NCBI GenBank assembly: GCA_963739205.1
Contig: CAVTZJ010000002.1
Span: 576,192 to 640,191, forward strand
DNA: 64,000 bases
DNA from: an uncultured Pseudomonadota bacterium
GTDB taxonomy: Bacteria; Pseudomonadota; Gammaproteobacteria; Burkholderiales; SG8-39
Direction: 5' to 3'
The notes under the pieces are model-generated. The model was not told where the DNA came from. It did no database searches and saw only the letters and a list, made by a program, of their open reading frames with translations. Each line of letters begins with the position of its first letter. Position 1 is the stretch's first letter. Below are positions 9,753 to 19,069 of the stretch, piece after piece. The translations under genes were made by a program, and so were the position numbers.

Positions 9753-9869
9753 GGCAGCCTCCCTCCCAAGACAGGCTCACGCATGCTGCCCCCGCCGCCT
9801 GGGCGGCGTCAACTGCTCGCGCGGGCCGCTTCAAGGCCGCGCCTTCGCCATGCGCTAGACTCGGCGCCT

Positions 9870-10844
9870 ATGAAATCCTTCTGGATCCACGCCGAGCCCG
9901 GGCGCACGCGGCTCGAGGCGCGCGAGGTCGAGCGCCCGTCGCCGGGCGCCGGTCAGCTGCTCGTGAAAGTGCGCGCAGCGGGGCTGAACCGCGGCGAGTT
10001 CATCGCAGGGCTCGGGCTGCACGCCAAGGCGCCCGCGCCCAAGCCCGCCGGCGGCGAGGCGGCGGGCGAGGTCGCCGCGCTCGGCGCCGGGGTGACGGGC
10101 TTCTCGCAGGGCGCGCGCGTGATGGGCCGCGCGGCGGGCGCCTTTGCCGAGTTCGCGCTGATGGACGCGCGCGAGGCGCTGCTGATCCCCGAACGGCTGT
10201 CCTGGGAGCAGGCCGCCGCCGTGCCGCTCGTGTTCATGGTGGTGCACGACATGCTGATCGGCCAGGGGCGGCTGCGCGCCGGCGAGTGGCTGCTCGTCAC
10301 CGGCGTCTCCTCGGGCGTAGGCGTCGGCGCGCTGCAGGCGGGCAAGGCGCTCGGCGCAAGAGTGATCGGCACCTCGGGCTCGGGCGCCAAGCTCGAGCGC
10401 CTGAAGCCGCTCGGCCTGGACCTCGGCCTCGCGACGCGCAAGGGCGACTTTTGCGCGGCGGTGATGGAGGCAACGGGCGGCAAAGGCGCCAACCTGGTGG
10501 TCAATACCGTGGGCGGCAGCGTGTTTCCGGAATGCGTGCGCGCGCTCGCCTACGAGGGGCGGCTCGCGACGGTGGGCTACCTGGACGGCGTGCTGAAGAG
10601 CGAGATCGATCTCGACGCGCTGCACGCGAAGCGCCTCACGCTGTTCGGCGTGTCGAACAAGCTGCGCAGTGCCGCCGAGCGTGCCGCAACGGTGCGCGGC
10701 TTCGCCGCCGACCTGCTGCCGGCGATCGCCGACGGGCGCATCGTGCCCCTGATCGACCGCGTGTTCGATTTCGACGCGCTGCCGGCGGCCAAGGCCTACA
10801 TGGAATCCGACGCTCAGCTCGGCAAGATCGTCGTCAAGCTCTAG
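9870..10844 (+). CDS. Zinc-type alcohol dehydrogenase / NADPH:quinone oxidoreductase family
   Basis: MKSFWIHAEPG..., LLVKVRAAGLNRGE, nucleotide fold LVTGVSSGVGVGALQ. Only the last 325 codons of the 852-aa track ORF are coding. Confidence 0.85.
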   Translation: MKSFWIHAEPGRTRLEAREVERPSPGAGQLLVKVRAAGLNRGEFIAGLGLHAKAPAPKPAGGEAAGEVAALGAGVTGFSQGARVMGRAAGAFAEFALMDAREALLIPERLSWEQAAAVPLVFMVVHDMLIGQGRLRAGEWLLVTGVSSGVGVGALQAGKALGARVIGTSGSGAKLERLKPLGLDLGLATRKGDFCAAVMEATGGKGANLVVNTVGGSVFPECVRALAYEGRLATVGYLDGVLKSEIDLDALHAKRLTLFGVSNKLRSAAERAATVRGFAADLLPAIADGRIVPLIDRVFDFDALPAAKAYMESDAQLGKIVVKL

Positions 10845-11683
10845 CTTCCCTTGAACGCGGGCTTGCGCTTCTCCATGAATGCGCGCCGCCCTTCCTGGTA
10901 GTCACTGCTCTCGAAGCACTCCCTGACGAAGGCCTTGCACGCCGCCTCGTCGAACGAGCCCGGCGGCTTGAGCAGCTCGCGCACGATGCGCTTCGCGGTG
11001 CGCAGGGTGAGCGGCGCGTTGGAGGCGATGCCGGCGCAGGTCTCGAGCGCCTCGGCTTCGAGCGCTGCGGTCGGCACCACGCGGTGCACGAGGCCCATGC
11101 CGAGCGCCTCGGCGGCGCTGAACTGGCGCGCCGTGATCAGCATCTCGCGCGTGCGCGCCGGGCCGATCGTGTCGACCATGTTCTTGGTCGAGGAAACGCG
11201 GTAGCCGAGGCCCATCCTGGCCGCGGGGATGCCGAAGCGCGCGTCGTCGGCCGCGATCCTCAGGTCGCAGGTGAGCGCGATGTTGATGCCCGCACCCAGA
11301 CAGTAGCCGCGGATCATCGCCAGCACCGGCTTGTCGCAGTTCTGCAGGCGCAACTGCGCACCCTCGGCGATCTCCTCGTAGCGCTGCACGGCCTCCGCGC
11401 CCACGCGCTGGCTTTCGAACTGCGAGATGTCGGCGCCCGAGACGAACGCCTTGTCGCCGGCGCCCGCGAGCACGATCAGGCGCAGCTCGGGATCCGCTTC
11501 GAAACGGTCGAGCACGCGCGGAATCGCCTCCCACATGTCGACCGAGACCGCATTCCTGCGTTCGGGGTTGTTGAATACCAGCCAGCCCACCGGCCCCTGC
11601 TTCTCGGCGATCACGCGCGCGGTGAGCTCCCCCGGCGCGAAAAGCGCCTGGCGCGGGATCGATTGCAGCTCCTCTTTGGTCAT
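10841..11683 (-). CDS. Enoyl-CoA hydratase/isomerase (crotonase) family
   Basis: NNPERRNAVS, VLAGAGDKAFVSGADISQF, GYCLGAGINIAL. Confidence 0.9.
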   Translation of the reverse strand: MTKEELQSIPRQALFAPGELTARVIAEKQGPVGWLVFNNPERRNAVSVDMWEAIPRVLDRFEADPELRLIVLAGAGDKAFVSGADISQFESQRVGAEAVQRYEEIAEGAQLRLQNCDKPVLAMIRGYCLGAGINIALTCDLRIAADDARFGIPAARMGLGYRVSSTKNMVDTIGPARTREMLITARQFSAAEALGMGLVHRVVPTAALEAEALETCAGIASNAPLTLRTAKRIVRELLKPPGSFDEAACKAFVRECFESSDYQEGRRAFMEKRKPAFKGS

Positions 11684-12136
11684 GACGCGGCTCCCTGGAT
11701 CCTTTTCTTTGAGCGAGCCGCGATCTTAAGCCTGGCTTCAGACAGGCGGCACACACTGTTCGCTTTGCCAAGCGAAACGGGGGACACCTACCGTGAGCCT
11801 TTTCAGGATCGAAGATTACACGGCCGGAATCGCGGCCATTCTGTTCTTGGTGGCGGTGTCTCAGCTCGCGCTATGGCTCGGGCGAAACGCCCACGTGCCG
11901 CGCGACGAGGAACACAAGGACCACTAGTATCGCCGTCGGTCGTGGTGCCGGCGATGCTTCGCCGCCCAAAGCTGTAGCCGTTCCACATCCAGTAGCCCGC
12001 CGCCCCGATGTAACGAGATGTTTCGGGGCTGCGGCACGTCGCATTGCAGGACAACAATCTGTTACCAATTCCTTCCCGGCGCAGGACGCGCCGAGGGTAA
12101 GGTATCGCCATGAAGCAAGCGCCCGGAGCTCATCAC

Positions 12137-12490
12137 ATGAAGATGCGATACCCGCTGCTCGCCGCGCTCGCGCTGGCGCTCGGCGTCGCGTTCGCCGGCC
12201 CCGCGTCCGCGCACGGTCATGCCGACGTGCATTTCGGCCTGTACATGGGCGGACCGGTCGGCTGGCCCTACTACTATCCGCCCGCCTACTACCCGTCGCC
12301 GTATTACTACCCGCCGGCGGTCGTGCAACCTTCCGCGCCGCCGGTGTACATCGAGCGTGGCGACGCTGCGCCCGAGAGCGCGCCTTCGAGCTCGGACTGG
12401 TACTACTGCCAGGACGCGAAGGCCTACTACCCCTACGTCAAGCAGTGCCCGGGCGGCTGGCAGCGCGTCGCGCCCGAGCCGCCCCAGTGA
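12137..12490 (+). CDS. Secreted Pro/Tyr-rich protein with C-terminal Cys-x11-Cys motif
   Basis: Signal peptide MKMRYPLLAALALALGVAFAGPASA. YYYPPAYYPSPYYYPP tract. C-terminal WYYCQDAKAYYPYVKQCPGGWQRV. Start chosen at the ATG with GGAG upstream; 12110 is also possible. Confidence 0.6.
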   Translation: MKMRYPLLAALALALGVAFAGPASAHGHADVHFGLYMGGPVGWPYYYPPAYYPSPYYYPPAVVQPSAPPVYIERGDAAPESAPSSSDWYYCQDAKAYYPYVKQCPGGWQRVAPEPPQ

Positions 12491-12509
12491 TCAGCGGAGG
12501 AACCGGAAC

Positions 12510-13022
12510 ATGAAACCCATTGCTCTTGCGTCATTCGTCGCCGCGGCACTCGCGCTCGGCGGCTGCGTGGTCGCACCGCCAAGCGGCCCGAGCGTCATGG
12601 CGCTTCCCGGCGAGGGGCGCGGCTTCGATCAGTTCCGCAACGATGACTTCGAGTGCCGGCAGTACGCCGGCGGTCAGACCGGCGGCACGCCGCAGGACGC
12701 CTCGGTCAACAGCGGCATAGCGAGCGCCGCGGTCGGCACCGCCATCGGCGCGGCCGCAGGCGCGCTGATAGGCGGGCACGAAGGCGCCGCCGTCGGGGCC
12801 GGCACCGGCCTGCTGTTCGGCTCGGCCGCGGGCGTCGGCGCGGCGAACGCCTCCGGTTACACGCTGCAGCAGCGCTACGACATGGCCTATACGCAATGCA
12901 TGTACGCGAAGGGCGACAAGGTGCCTGCGGCCGGCGAGCAGCCCGCGCCGCACTATCGCCGCCGCGCGTACTACTCCGCTCCCCCGCCGCCGCCGCCGCC
13001 TCCGGGCTACTACCCGCGCTGA
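12510..13022 (+). CDS. Glycine-zipper lipoprotein with poly-Pro tail
   Basis: SD GGAGG. Lipobox LALGGC. Gly-zipper GTAIGAAAGALIGGHEGAAVGAGTGLLFGSAAGVGAA. C-terminal PPPPPPPPGYYPR. Confidence 0.7.
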   Translation: MKPIALASFVAAALALGGCVVAPPSGPSVMALPGEGRGFDQFRNDDFECRQYAGGQTGGTPQDASVNSGIASAAVGTAIGAAAGALIGGHEGAAVGAGTGLLFGSAAGVGAANASGYTLQQRYDMAYTQCMYAKGDKVPAAGEQPAPHYRRRAYYSAPPPPPPPPGYYPR

Positions 13023-13116
13023 AGCGAATCGCCGGGACGCCGGCAGGGGCATCGGTTCGCAGGAGGGTGACGAGCATCTGTTACCCTAGGCGCCCCGAAA
13101 TCAGAGGAGCAGGCGC

Positions 13117-14703
13117 TTGCCCCGCCTGGAGGAACGGCTGCGGGCCCTCGCGCCCGGACTGCTGCGCGGCATCCGGCGCGGCGTCGAGAAGGAGAGCCTG
13201 CGCGTGGCGGCCGACGGTTCGCTCGCGCGCACGCCGCATCCCGCCGGCCTGGGCTCGGCGCTCACGCATCCGCACATCACCACCGACTTCAGCGAGTCGC
13301 AGCTCGAGCTGATCACCGGCGCGCACGAGCGCGTCGAGGACTGTCTCGAAGAGCTGACGCGCATCCACCAGGAGGTCTACCGCCAAGTCGGCGACGAACT
13401 GCTGTGGGCGACGAGCATGCCATGCAGGCTGCCCGCTGAGGACGATATTCCGCTCGGCCGCTACGGGATCTCGAACGTCGGGCGCGCGAAGACCATCTAC
13501 CGGCGCGGCCTTTCCTACCGCTACGGCCGGCGCATGCAGACCATTTCCGGCGTGCACTACAACTTCTCGCTGCCCGAGGCCGCCTGGCCGGCGCTGCGCA
13601 GCGCCGACGGCCTCGCGGGCGACGACGGCACCTACCGCAACGACGCCTATTTCGCGCTGATCCGCAACTTCAGGCGCCACTCCTGGCTGCCGATCTACCT
13701 GATCGGCGCCTCGCCCGCGGTGTGCAGCACCTTCGTCGCGGGCCGCGGGCACCGCCTGCTGGAGCTCGCCCCCGGCACGCTGCACCTGCCGCACGGCACG
13801 TCGCTGCGCATGGGGCCGCTCGGCTACCAGAGCGAGGCGCAGGGCTCGCTCGCGGTGAGCTTCAACAGCCTGAAAAACTATGCCGCGTCGCTCTACCCGG
13901 CGCTCACCCGACCGTACCCGCCGTACGAGGCGATCGGCTTGCGCGACGGCGACGACTACCGCCAGCTCTCCACGACGCTGCTGCAGATCGAGAACGAGTT
14001 CTACGGCACGATCCGCCCCAAGCGCCGCATCGAGCCGGGCGAGCGCTCGCTGCGCGCGCTCGGCGCGCGCGGCGTCGAGTACGTCGAGGTGCGGCTGGTC
14101 GATCTCGATCCTTTCGACCCGATCGGCGTCGGCGCGCAGACGATGCGCCTGCTCGACGTGTTCCTGCTGCACTGCCTGCTCGCCGACAGCCCGCCCGATA
14201 CGCCCGAGGAGCTCGCCTTCATCTCGCGCAACCAGCATCGCGTCGCCGAGCGCGGCCGCGAGCCGGGGCTGCGCCTGGACCGCGGCGGGCGCGAAGTCGC
14301 GCTCGCCGACTGGGGCCGCGGCCTGCTGGAAGAATGCGCGCCGATCGCCGCGGCGCTCGACGCGGCGCACGCGGCCGGGCATTACACGGAGGCTCTCGAC
14401 GCAGCGCGCGCGGCGCTCGCCGACCCCTCGCGGCTGCCGTCGGCGCGCGTGCTCGCCGAGCTGCGCGACCGGTACGCCGGCTCCTACGTCGACTTCGCCG
14501 CCGCGCAGTCCGGGCGCCACCGCGAGGCTCTGCGCAGCCTCGCACCGGCGCCGCGCGCGCAGGGGACCTTCGAGCGCATGGCGGCCGAATCGATCGCCCA
14601 GCAAAAGGCGATCGAAGCGGCCGACCGCGTGCCGTTCGAGACCTATCGCCAGCAGTACCTGTCGCAGGACCTGCTCGTCGGCCCTTACCTGAGCGGCCTG
14701 TGA
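13117..14703 (+). CDS. gshA: Glutamate--cysteine ligase (E. coli type)
   Basis: RGIEKESLRV-type N-terminus (RGVEKESLRV), THPHITTDFSESQLELITG, GVHYNFSLP. TTG start with AGAGGAG SD. Confidence 0.9.
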   Translation: MPRLEERLRALAPGLLRGIRRGVEKESLRVAADGSLARTPHPAGLGSALTHPHITTDFSESQLELITGAHERVEDCLEELTRIHQEVYRQVGDELLWATSMPCRLPAEDDIPLGRYGISNVGRAKTIYRRGLSYRYGRRMQTISGVHYNFSLPEAAWPALRSADGLAGDDGTYRNDAYFALIRNFRRHSWLPIYLIGASPAVCSTFVAGRGHRLLELAPGTLHLPHGTSLRMGPLGYQSEAQGSLAVSFNSLKNYAASLYPALTRPYPPYEAIGLRDGDDYRQLSTTLLQIENEFYGTIRPKRRIEPGERSLRALGARGVEYVEVRLVDLDPFDPIGVGAQTMRLLDVFLLHCLLADSPPDTPEELAFISRNQHRVAERGREPGLRLDRGGREVALADWGRGLLEECAPIAAALDAAHAAGHYTEALDAARAALADPSRLPSARVLAELRDRYAGSYVDFAAAQSGRHREALRSLAPAPRAQGTFERMAAESIAQQKAIEAADRVPFETYRQQYLSQDLLVGPYLSGL

Positions 14704-14704
14704 G

Positions 14705-15211
14705 CTAGGGGTTGCCGATGAAGTCGCGCTTGCCGAGCTCCACGCCGTTGTGGCGCAGGATGTCGTAGGCGGTGACGACGTGGAAGTAGAAATTGGGCAA
14801 CGCGAAGCCGAGCAGGTACTGCATGCCGCGCCATTTCTGCTCGCTCTTGCCGAGCTTGAGCACGATCTCGCGCTCCTCGCTGCCGTCGATCTGGGCCGGC
14901 GTGAATCCCCTGATGAATTCCATGGTTCTGGCGATGCGCGCCTGGAGTTCCGGCAGCGTCTTTTCCACGTCCTCATGGCGCGGATTCTCGGCGCCGGCGA
15001 GGCGCGCCACCGCGCCCTTGGCGTTGTCGCACGCGACCTGCACCTGGCGCGTGAGCGGCAGCATGTCGGCATACAGCCGGCAACCGGGCAGGGTCGTCGG
15101 GTCGAGCTTCTTCTGCTCGGCGTAGGCCTGCGCCTTGTCCAGGATTGCCGATAGATTGCCGAGCGTGGCGAGGAAGCGCGGCGCGCTCGCCTGGTACATC
15201 GAGATGACCAT
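14705..15211 (-). CDS. DUF1993 family protein
   Basis: MVISMYQASAPRFLATLGNLSAILDKA...FALPNFYFHVVTAYDILRHNGVELGKRDFIG. SD GGAGG. The upstream part of the track ORF is not used. Confidence 0.85.
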   Translation of the reverse strand: MVISMYQASAPRFLATLGNLSAILDKAQAYAEQKKLDPTTLPGCRLYADMLPLTRQVQVACDNAKGAVARLAGAENPRHEDVEKTLPELQARIARTMEFIRGFTPAQIDGSEEREIVLKLGKSEQKWRGMQYLLGFALPNFYFHVVTAYDILRHNGVELGKRDFIGNP

Positions 15212-15317
15212 GGAAGCCCCTCCGGGGGTAGACGACGAGGAGGCGCATTCTAGCGCCCCGGCTTGCGGTACACTCGCCGCAGGAGGAGTAACCCGACACA
15301 CGAGGCTACGGGAGACG

Positions 15318-15689
15318 ATGCGCGAGATTCTGGGTGTCACGCAGGACTCGCCGCGCAAGCGGCGGCGCTGGTTTCACGACGATTACTTCGACCTTTTCGT
15401 ATCCCAGGCGAACGACGGCAACCTGGACCGCTTCGAGCTGTGCTACGGGCTGGATGCCACCGAGCGCGCGCTGGTCTGGGACCGCGAACGCGGCTACTTC
15501 CACGACGGCACCGATCTGCTGGCCGCGCAGGACATCGCGGGGCGCTTCGACTCGGTAGCGCGCGCGCTGCCCGGCGAGGTCGCGCAGGCGGTGCTGGGGC
15601 GCCTGCAGGAGTACGCCAAGCGCGGCGCGGTCGCGCAGTCGCGCCGCAAGCGCTTCCGGCGCGCCGACTGGCAGCAGCGCCAGGCCTGA
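15318..15689 (+). CDS. Hypothetical protein
   Basis: ATG preceded by GGGAGA. 123 aa with reasonable composition and no recognised domain. Confidence 0.45.
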   Translation: MREILGVTQDSPRKRRRWFHDDYFDLFVSQANDGNLDRFELCYGLDATERALVWDRERGYFHDGTDLLAAQDIAGRFDSVARALPGEVAQAVLGRLQEYAKRGAVAQSRRKRFRRADWQQRQA

Positions 15690-15705
15690 GCCCTCGCGGC
15701 GGGCC

Positions 15706-16293
15706 CTACAGGTCGAAGAACACCGTCTCCTTCGTCCCCTGCATGCGGATGTCGAAGCGGTAGGCCGCGCCGCCGGGATGCGGCTCGCGCCGCGCGACGA
15801 GCGTCGCGCGACGCTCGGGCGGCAGCGCGGCGAGCACCGGGTCGCGCGCGTTCGCCTCGGCCTCGTCCTCGAAGTACACGCGCGTGAAGGCGTGGCTCAA
15901 CATGCCGCGCATGGTGACGATGACGTCGATGTGCGGCGCCTCGCCGGGCGCGGCGGCGCCCGGCTTCACGGTGTCGAACCAGAAGTGCAGCGACGCGTGC
16001 GTGCCGGTGCCGCAGCGTCCGAAGCCGCGAAAGTCGCTCGCGCGCGCTTCCGAGACCGAGGCGACGAAGTGCCCCTCGGCGTCGGGCTGCAGGATCTCGA
16101 TCATCGCGTCGTTCACCGGCACGCCGTCGCCATCGAACACGCGCCCGGTGAGGCGGATGTGCTCGCCGCGCGCGTCGGGGCCGGCGAGCAGCGGGCCGAA
16201 CAGGCTCTTGTAGTCGTAGCCGTACTGCTCGGGCGTGAGCCCGTAGGCGAAGTACGGGCCTACGGTCTGCGAGGGGGTCTGCTTGAGCGTCAT
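15706..16293 (-). CDS. pcaG: Protocatechuate 3,4-dioxygenase alpha subunit
   Basis: TPSQTVGPYFAYGL, intradiol dioxygenase fold, immediately downstream of pcaH. Confidence 0.9.
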   Translation of the reverse strand: MTLKQTPSQTVGPYFAYGLTPEQYGYDYKSLFGPLLAGPDARGEHIRLTGRVFDGDGVPVNDAMIEILQPDAEGHFVASVSEARASDFRGFGRCGTGTHASLHFWFDTVKPGAAAPGEAPHIDVIVTMRGMLSHAFTRVYFEDEAEANARDPVLAALPPERRATLVARREPHPGGAAYRFDIRMQGTKETVFFDL

Positions 16294-16296
16294 GGC

Positions 16297-17007
16297 CTAT
16301 CTCCCCATCGGCGTTTGCGCCGCGCCGCGCAGCACGATGTCGAACTCGAAGCCGAGCGCGAAGCCCGGCTCGCCCACCGCCTCGAGCGCAAGGTGCGAGA
16401 CGAGCCGCTCGCGCGCGCCCTCGGGCGCGCTCTGGTAGATGGGATCGAACGCGAGCAGCGGGTCGCCGGGGAAGAACATCTGCGTCACCAGGCGGCTGGC
16501 GAAGTACTCGCCGAACAGCGAGAAGTGGATGTGGTTCGGGCGCCAGCCGTTCGGGTGGTTGCCCCACGGATAGGCGCCCGGCTTGACGGTAAGGAAGCGG
16601 TAGCGGCCTTGCGCGTCGGTGAGGCAGCGCCCGGCGCCGAGGAAATTCGGATCGAGCGGCGCGTGGTGCTGGTCGATCTTGTGCACGTAGCGCCCGGCGG
16701 CGTTCGCCTGCCAGATCTCGACCAGCGTGTTCGCGACCGGCCGCCCGCCTTCGTCCAGCACGCGGCCCGTGACCACGATGCGCTCGCCGAGCGGCTCGCC
16801 GTTCCTGGCCGCGTTCTTCGTCAGGTCGTTGTCCAGGGGCCCGATGTCTTCGTGCCCATATACCGGCGCGCGGCGCCGCGCGAGTGCGTCCGCGAGCGGC
16901 ACTAGCGGCCTGGTCGGACCGCGCTTGATGGTCGACTTGTAAGCAGGGTAGACGTACGGCGGATGACTTGACCAGTCACGCGGGGAAAGAGGAGAAGACG
17001 CTGCCAT
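16297..17007 (-). CDS. pcaH: Protocatechuate 3,4-dioxygenase beta subunit
   Basis: VEIWQANAAGRYVHKIDQH, GAGRCLTDAQGRYRFLTVKPGAYPWGNH...RPNHIHFSLFG. Start taken at MAASSP with GAGGAG upstream. Confidence 0.9.
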   Translation of the reverse strand: MAASSPLSPRDWSSHPPYVYPAYKSTIKRGPTRPLVPLADALARRRAPVYGHEDIGPLDNDLTKNAARNGEPLGERIVVTGRVLDEGGRPVANTLVEIWQANAAGRYVHKIDQHHAPLDPNFLGAGRCLTDAQGRYRFLTVKPGAYPWGNHPNGWRPNHIHFSLFGEYFASRLVTQMFFPGDPLLAFDPIYQSAPEGARERLVSHLALEAVGEPGFALGFEFDIVLRGAAQTPMGR

Positions 17008-17087
17008 GCGCGGTTCCTTGTTGATCGGGGTCAACAAATCTAGCTGCGACGAAAAGTTATGTATATTGACGTTTTTTCTCAAGTTCC

Positions 17088-17102
17088 ATAACCGTAGGTT
17101 AT
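17088..17102. promoter_or_regulatory. LysR-type T-N11-A palindrome (candidate PcaQ-like operator)
   Basis: Perfect inverted repeat ATAACC-GTA-GGTTAT in the pcaH / LysR divergent intergenic region. Confidence 0.45.
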
Positions 17103-17108
17103 AGATTC

Positions 17109-18038
17109 ATGCTGGACGGACGCCTGAAGCTGCGTCACCTCCAATGCTTCCTCGCGGTCGCCGAGGAACGCTCGATCCAGCGCGCAGCCGAGCGGCTCGC
17201 GATCACGCAGCCCGCGGTGTCGAAGACGCTGCGCGAGCTGGAAGAGATTCTCGGCACGCCGCTGTTTCGCCGCGGCCGCCGCGGCGCGGTGCCGACCGCC
17301 GCGGCCGAAGTGTTCCTGCGCCACGCGCGCGCGAGCGTCGCCGCGCTCGAGCAAGGCGTCGACAGCCTGGCGCAGGCGCAGCGGCGCGGCGGCGTCGTGC
17401 TGCGCCTCGGGCTGCTGCCCTCGGTCGCGCCGTGCTTCGCGCCGCCCGCGGTACTGCGCTTTCGCGCCGAGATGCCCGGCGCGCTCCTGCGCGTGGCGAG
17501 CGGACCGAACGCGCAGCTGCTCGCGCAGCTGCAGCATCGCGAGCTCGACGTCGCGCTCGTGCGCCTGTCCGACCCCGAGCACATGACCGGCCTGAGCTTC
17601 GAGCATCTGTATGCCGACGCGCTCGCGCTCGCCGTGCATCCGGACCACCCGCTGCTCGGCGAGCGCGAGCCGGGCCTGGAGCGCGCGCTGCGCTACCCGG
17701 CGATCGTCGCCACCCCGGGCACCACGCTGCGCCAGAGCGCCGAGAGCCTGCTCGCGGCGCACGGTCTTGCGCTGCCGGAGGATCGCGTCGAGACGCTGTC
17801 GGTTTCCTTCGCGCGCGCGCTCGCGCGCGCCGGCGACATGGTGTGGTTCGCGCCGATCGGCGCGATCGAGATCGACCTCGCCGCGGGACTGCTCGCGCGC
17901 GTTCCGCTGTCGACCGCGGGCACCGAGGAGCCGATCGGACTGGCGCTGCGCGCCGATGCGGCGCCCGGCCCCGCGCTGCAGGCGCTTATCGGCGCGATCC
18001 GCGCGGAGTCCGCGCGCTGGCGCCAGGAGCGCGCCTAG
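17109..18038 (+). CDS. LysR family transcriptional regulator (PcaQ-like, divergent from pcaHG)
   Basis: N-terminal HTH LRHLQCFLAVAEERSIQRAAERLAITQPAVSKTLRELE. Divergent arrangement with pcaHG. Confidence 0.85.
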   Translation: MLDGRLKLRHLQCFLAVAEERSIQRAAERLAITQPAVSKTLRELEEILGTPLFRRGRRGAVPTAAAEVFLRHARASVAALEQGVDSLAQAQRRGGVVLRLGLLPSVAPCFAPPAVLRFRAEMPGALLRVASGPNAQLLAQLQHRELDVALVRLSDPEHMTGLSFEHLYADALALAVHPDHPLLGEREPGLERALRYPAIVATPGTTLRQSAESLLAAHGLALPEDRVETLSVSFARALARAGDMVWFAPIGAIEIDLAAGLLARVPLSTAGTEEPIGLALRADAAPGPALQALIGAIRAESARWRQERA

Positions 18039-19035
18039 GCGCCCCGCGCCGGTCGATGAAATAGCGCTTGCCGACCGCCGAGGGGGCCAGCTCCTCCTCG
18101 CCGAAGGCTTGCGACAGCGCCGAGAGCGCGCGCCAGCCCGTGCAGTGCCCGGGCGCGAGCAGCTTGGGCCCGAGCTTTTTCAGGTCGCGCACCGTGTCGG
18201 GAATCGCCTTCTCGGTGACGCCGGCGAGGTGAAATCCGCCCAGCACGCCGTAAAGCGGCACGTCGGGGAACAGCTCGGCGGCGTGCCTGAGCACGTTGAT
18301 CACGCCGGCGTGCGAGCAGGCGGTGAGCACGACTAGGCCCTTGCCCTTCACGCGCACCGCCACGAAGCGCTCGTCCATCAGCAGCGGATCGGGCTCCCAG
18401 GATTTGCCGTCGGCGCTGCGCCGCACGTGTCCCGGCAGCCCTACCTCGTAGGACGTGCGGCGCGGGATCTCGCCGCTCAGATAGAACGCGCCGCCGCACA
18501 GGAGCTGCGGCTCGCGCGTGTTCACCACGCGAGCACCGGCGTCCGCGAGCAGCACCGGGTCGGGCACCGGCTCATGCACGAACAGCTGCCCGCCCGGCCG
18601 CTGCACGGCGCGCTGCGCGAACATGCCCGGGTGCACGTAGCACTCGACGCCGCCCTTGCCGCGGTCGCGCACGACCGCCTCGAGCGCCGCGAGCAGCCCG
18701 CCGGCGTGGTCCCAGTGGCCGTGCGACAGCACCACCGCCTCGATGCCAGCGAAGTCCACGCCGAGGATGCCGGCGTTGCGCAGGAACGCCGCGCCCTCGG
18801 GCCCGGCGTCGAGCAGCAGCGCGCGGCGCGTCGCGCCCACCTGCGCCGTGACGAGCAGCGACAGGCCGTGGTTCGCGCAGCAGATCGCCGCGCCCGACAG
18901 GATGTGCATGCGCCCGCCGGTCAGCAGGCCGGTCCATTCCGGCAGCACGCTCTTCGGCGTGCTCGACAAGCTGTCGGTCGTGTTGTCGACCAGCACCAGC
19001 ACTTCCAGGCCATCGACGGCGAGAGGTTCCAGCAT
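17986..19035 (-). CDS. MBL-fold metallo-hydrolase
   Basis: SHGHWDHAGG motif. Start taken at MLEPLAV. The 3' end overlaps the convergent LysR gene by 53 nt. Confidence 0.8.
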   Translation of the reverse strand: MLEPLAVDGLEVLVLVDNTTDSLSSTPKSVLPEWTGLLTGGRMHILSGAAICCANHGLSLLVTAQVGATRRALLLDAGPEGAAFLRNAGILGVDFAGIEAVVLSHGHWDHAGGLLAALEAVVRDRGKGGVECYVHPGMFAQRAVQRPGGQLFVHEPVPDPVLLADAGARVVNTREPQLLCGGAFYLSGEIPRRTSYEVGLPGHVRRSADGKSWEPDPLLMDERFVAVRVKGKGLVVLTACSHAGVINVLRHAAELFPDVPLYGVLGGFHLAGVTEKAIPDTVRDLKKLGPKLLAPGHCTGWRALSALSQAFGEEELAPSAVGKRYFIDRRGAPRRAPGASARTPRGSRR

Positions 19036-19069
19036 GATCGGAGTAAGCTTAACCGAAGAGGTCCCGCCC

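Noticed and set aside
8286-9869. The first ~530 codons of the 852-aa plus-strand ORF 8286-10844.
   Set aside because: This part is antisense to the well-supported GGDEF and MAPEG genes. It has an Arg/Ala/Gly/Pro-rich junk composition typical of off-frame reading in GC-rich DNA. Only the segment from ATG 9870 (quinone oxidoreductase) is credible.
11793-11927. A 44-codon GTG-initiated ORF with one hydrophobic segment (IAAILFLVAVSQLALWL) in the lower-GC gap after the enoyl-CoA hydratase gene.
   Set aside because: It has no SD, it is very short, and nothing distinguishes it from chance. The 450-nt gap remains unexplained.
13081-15072. A 663-aa minus-strand ORF.
   Set aside because: It is antisense to gshA, which has unmistakable motifs. 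Its composition is dominated by R, A and G.
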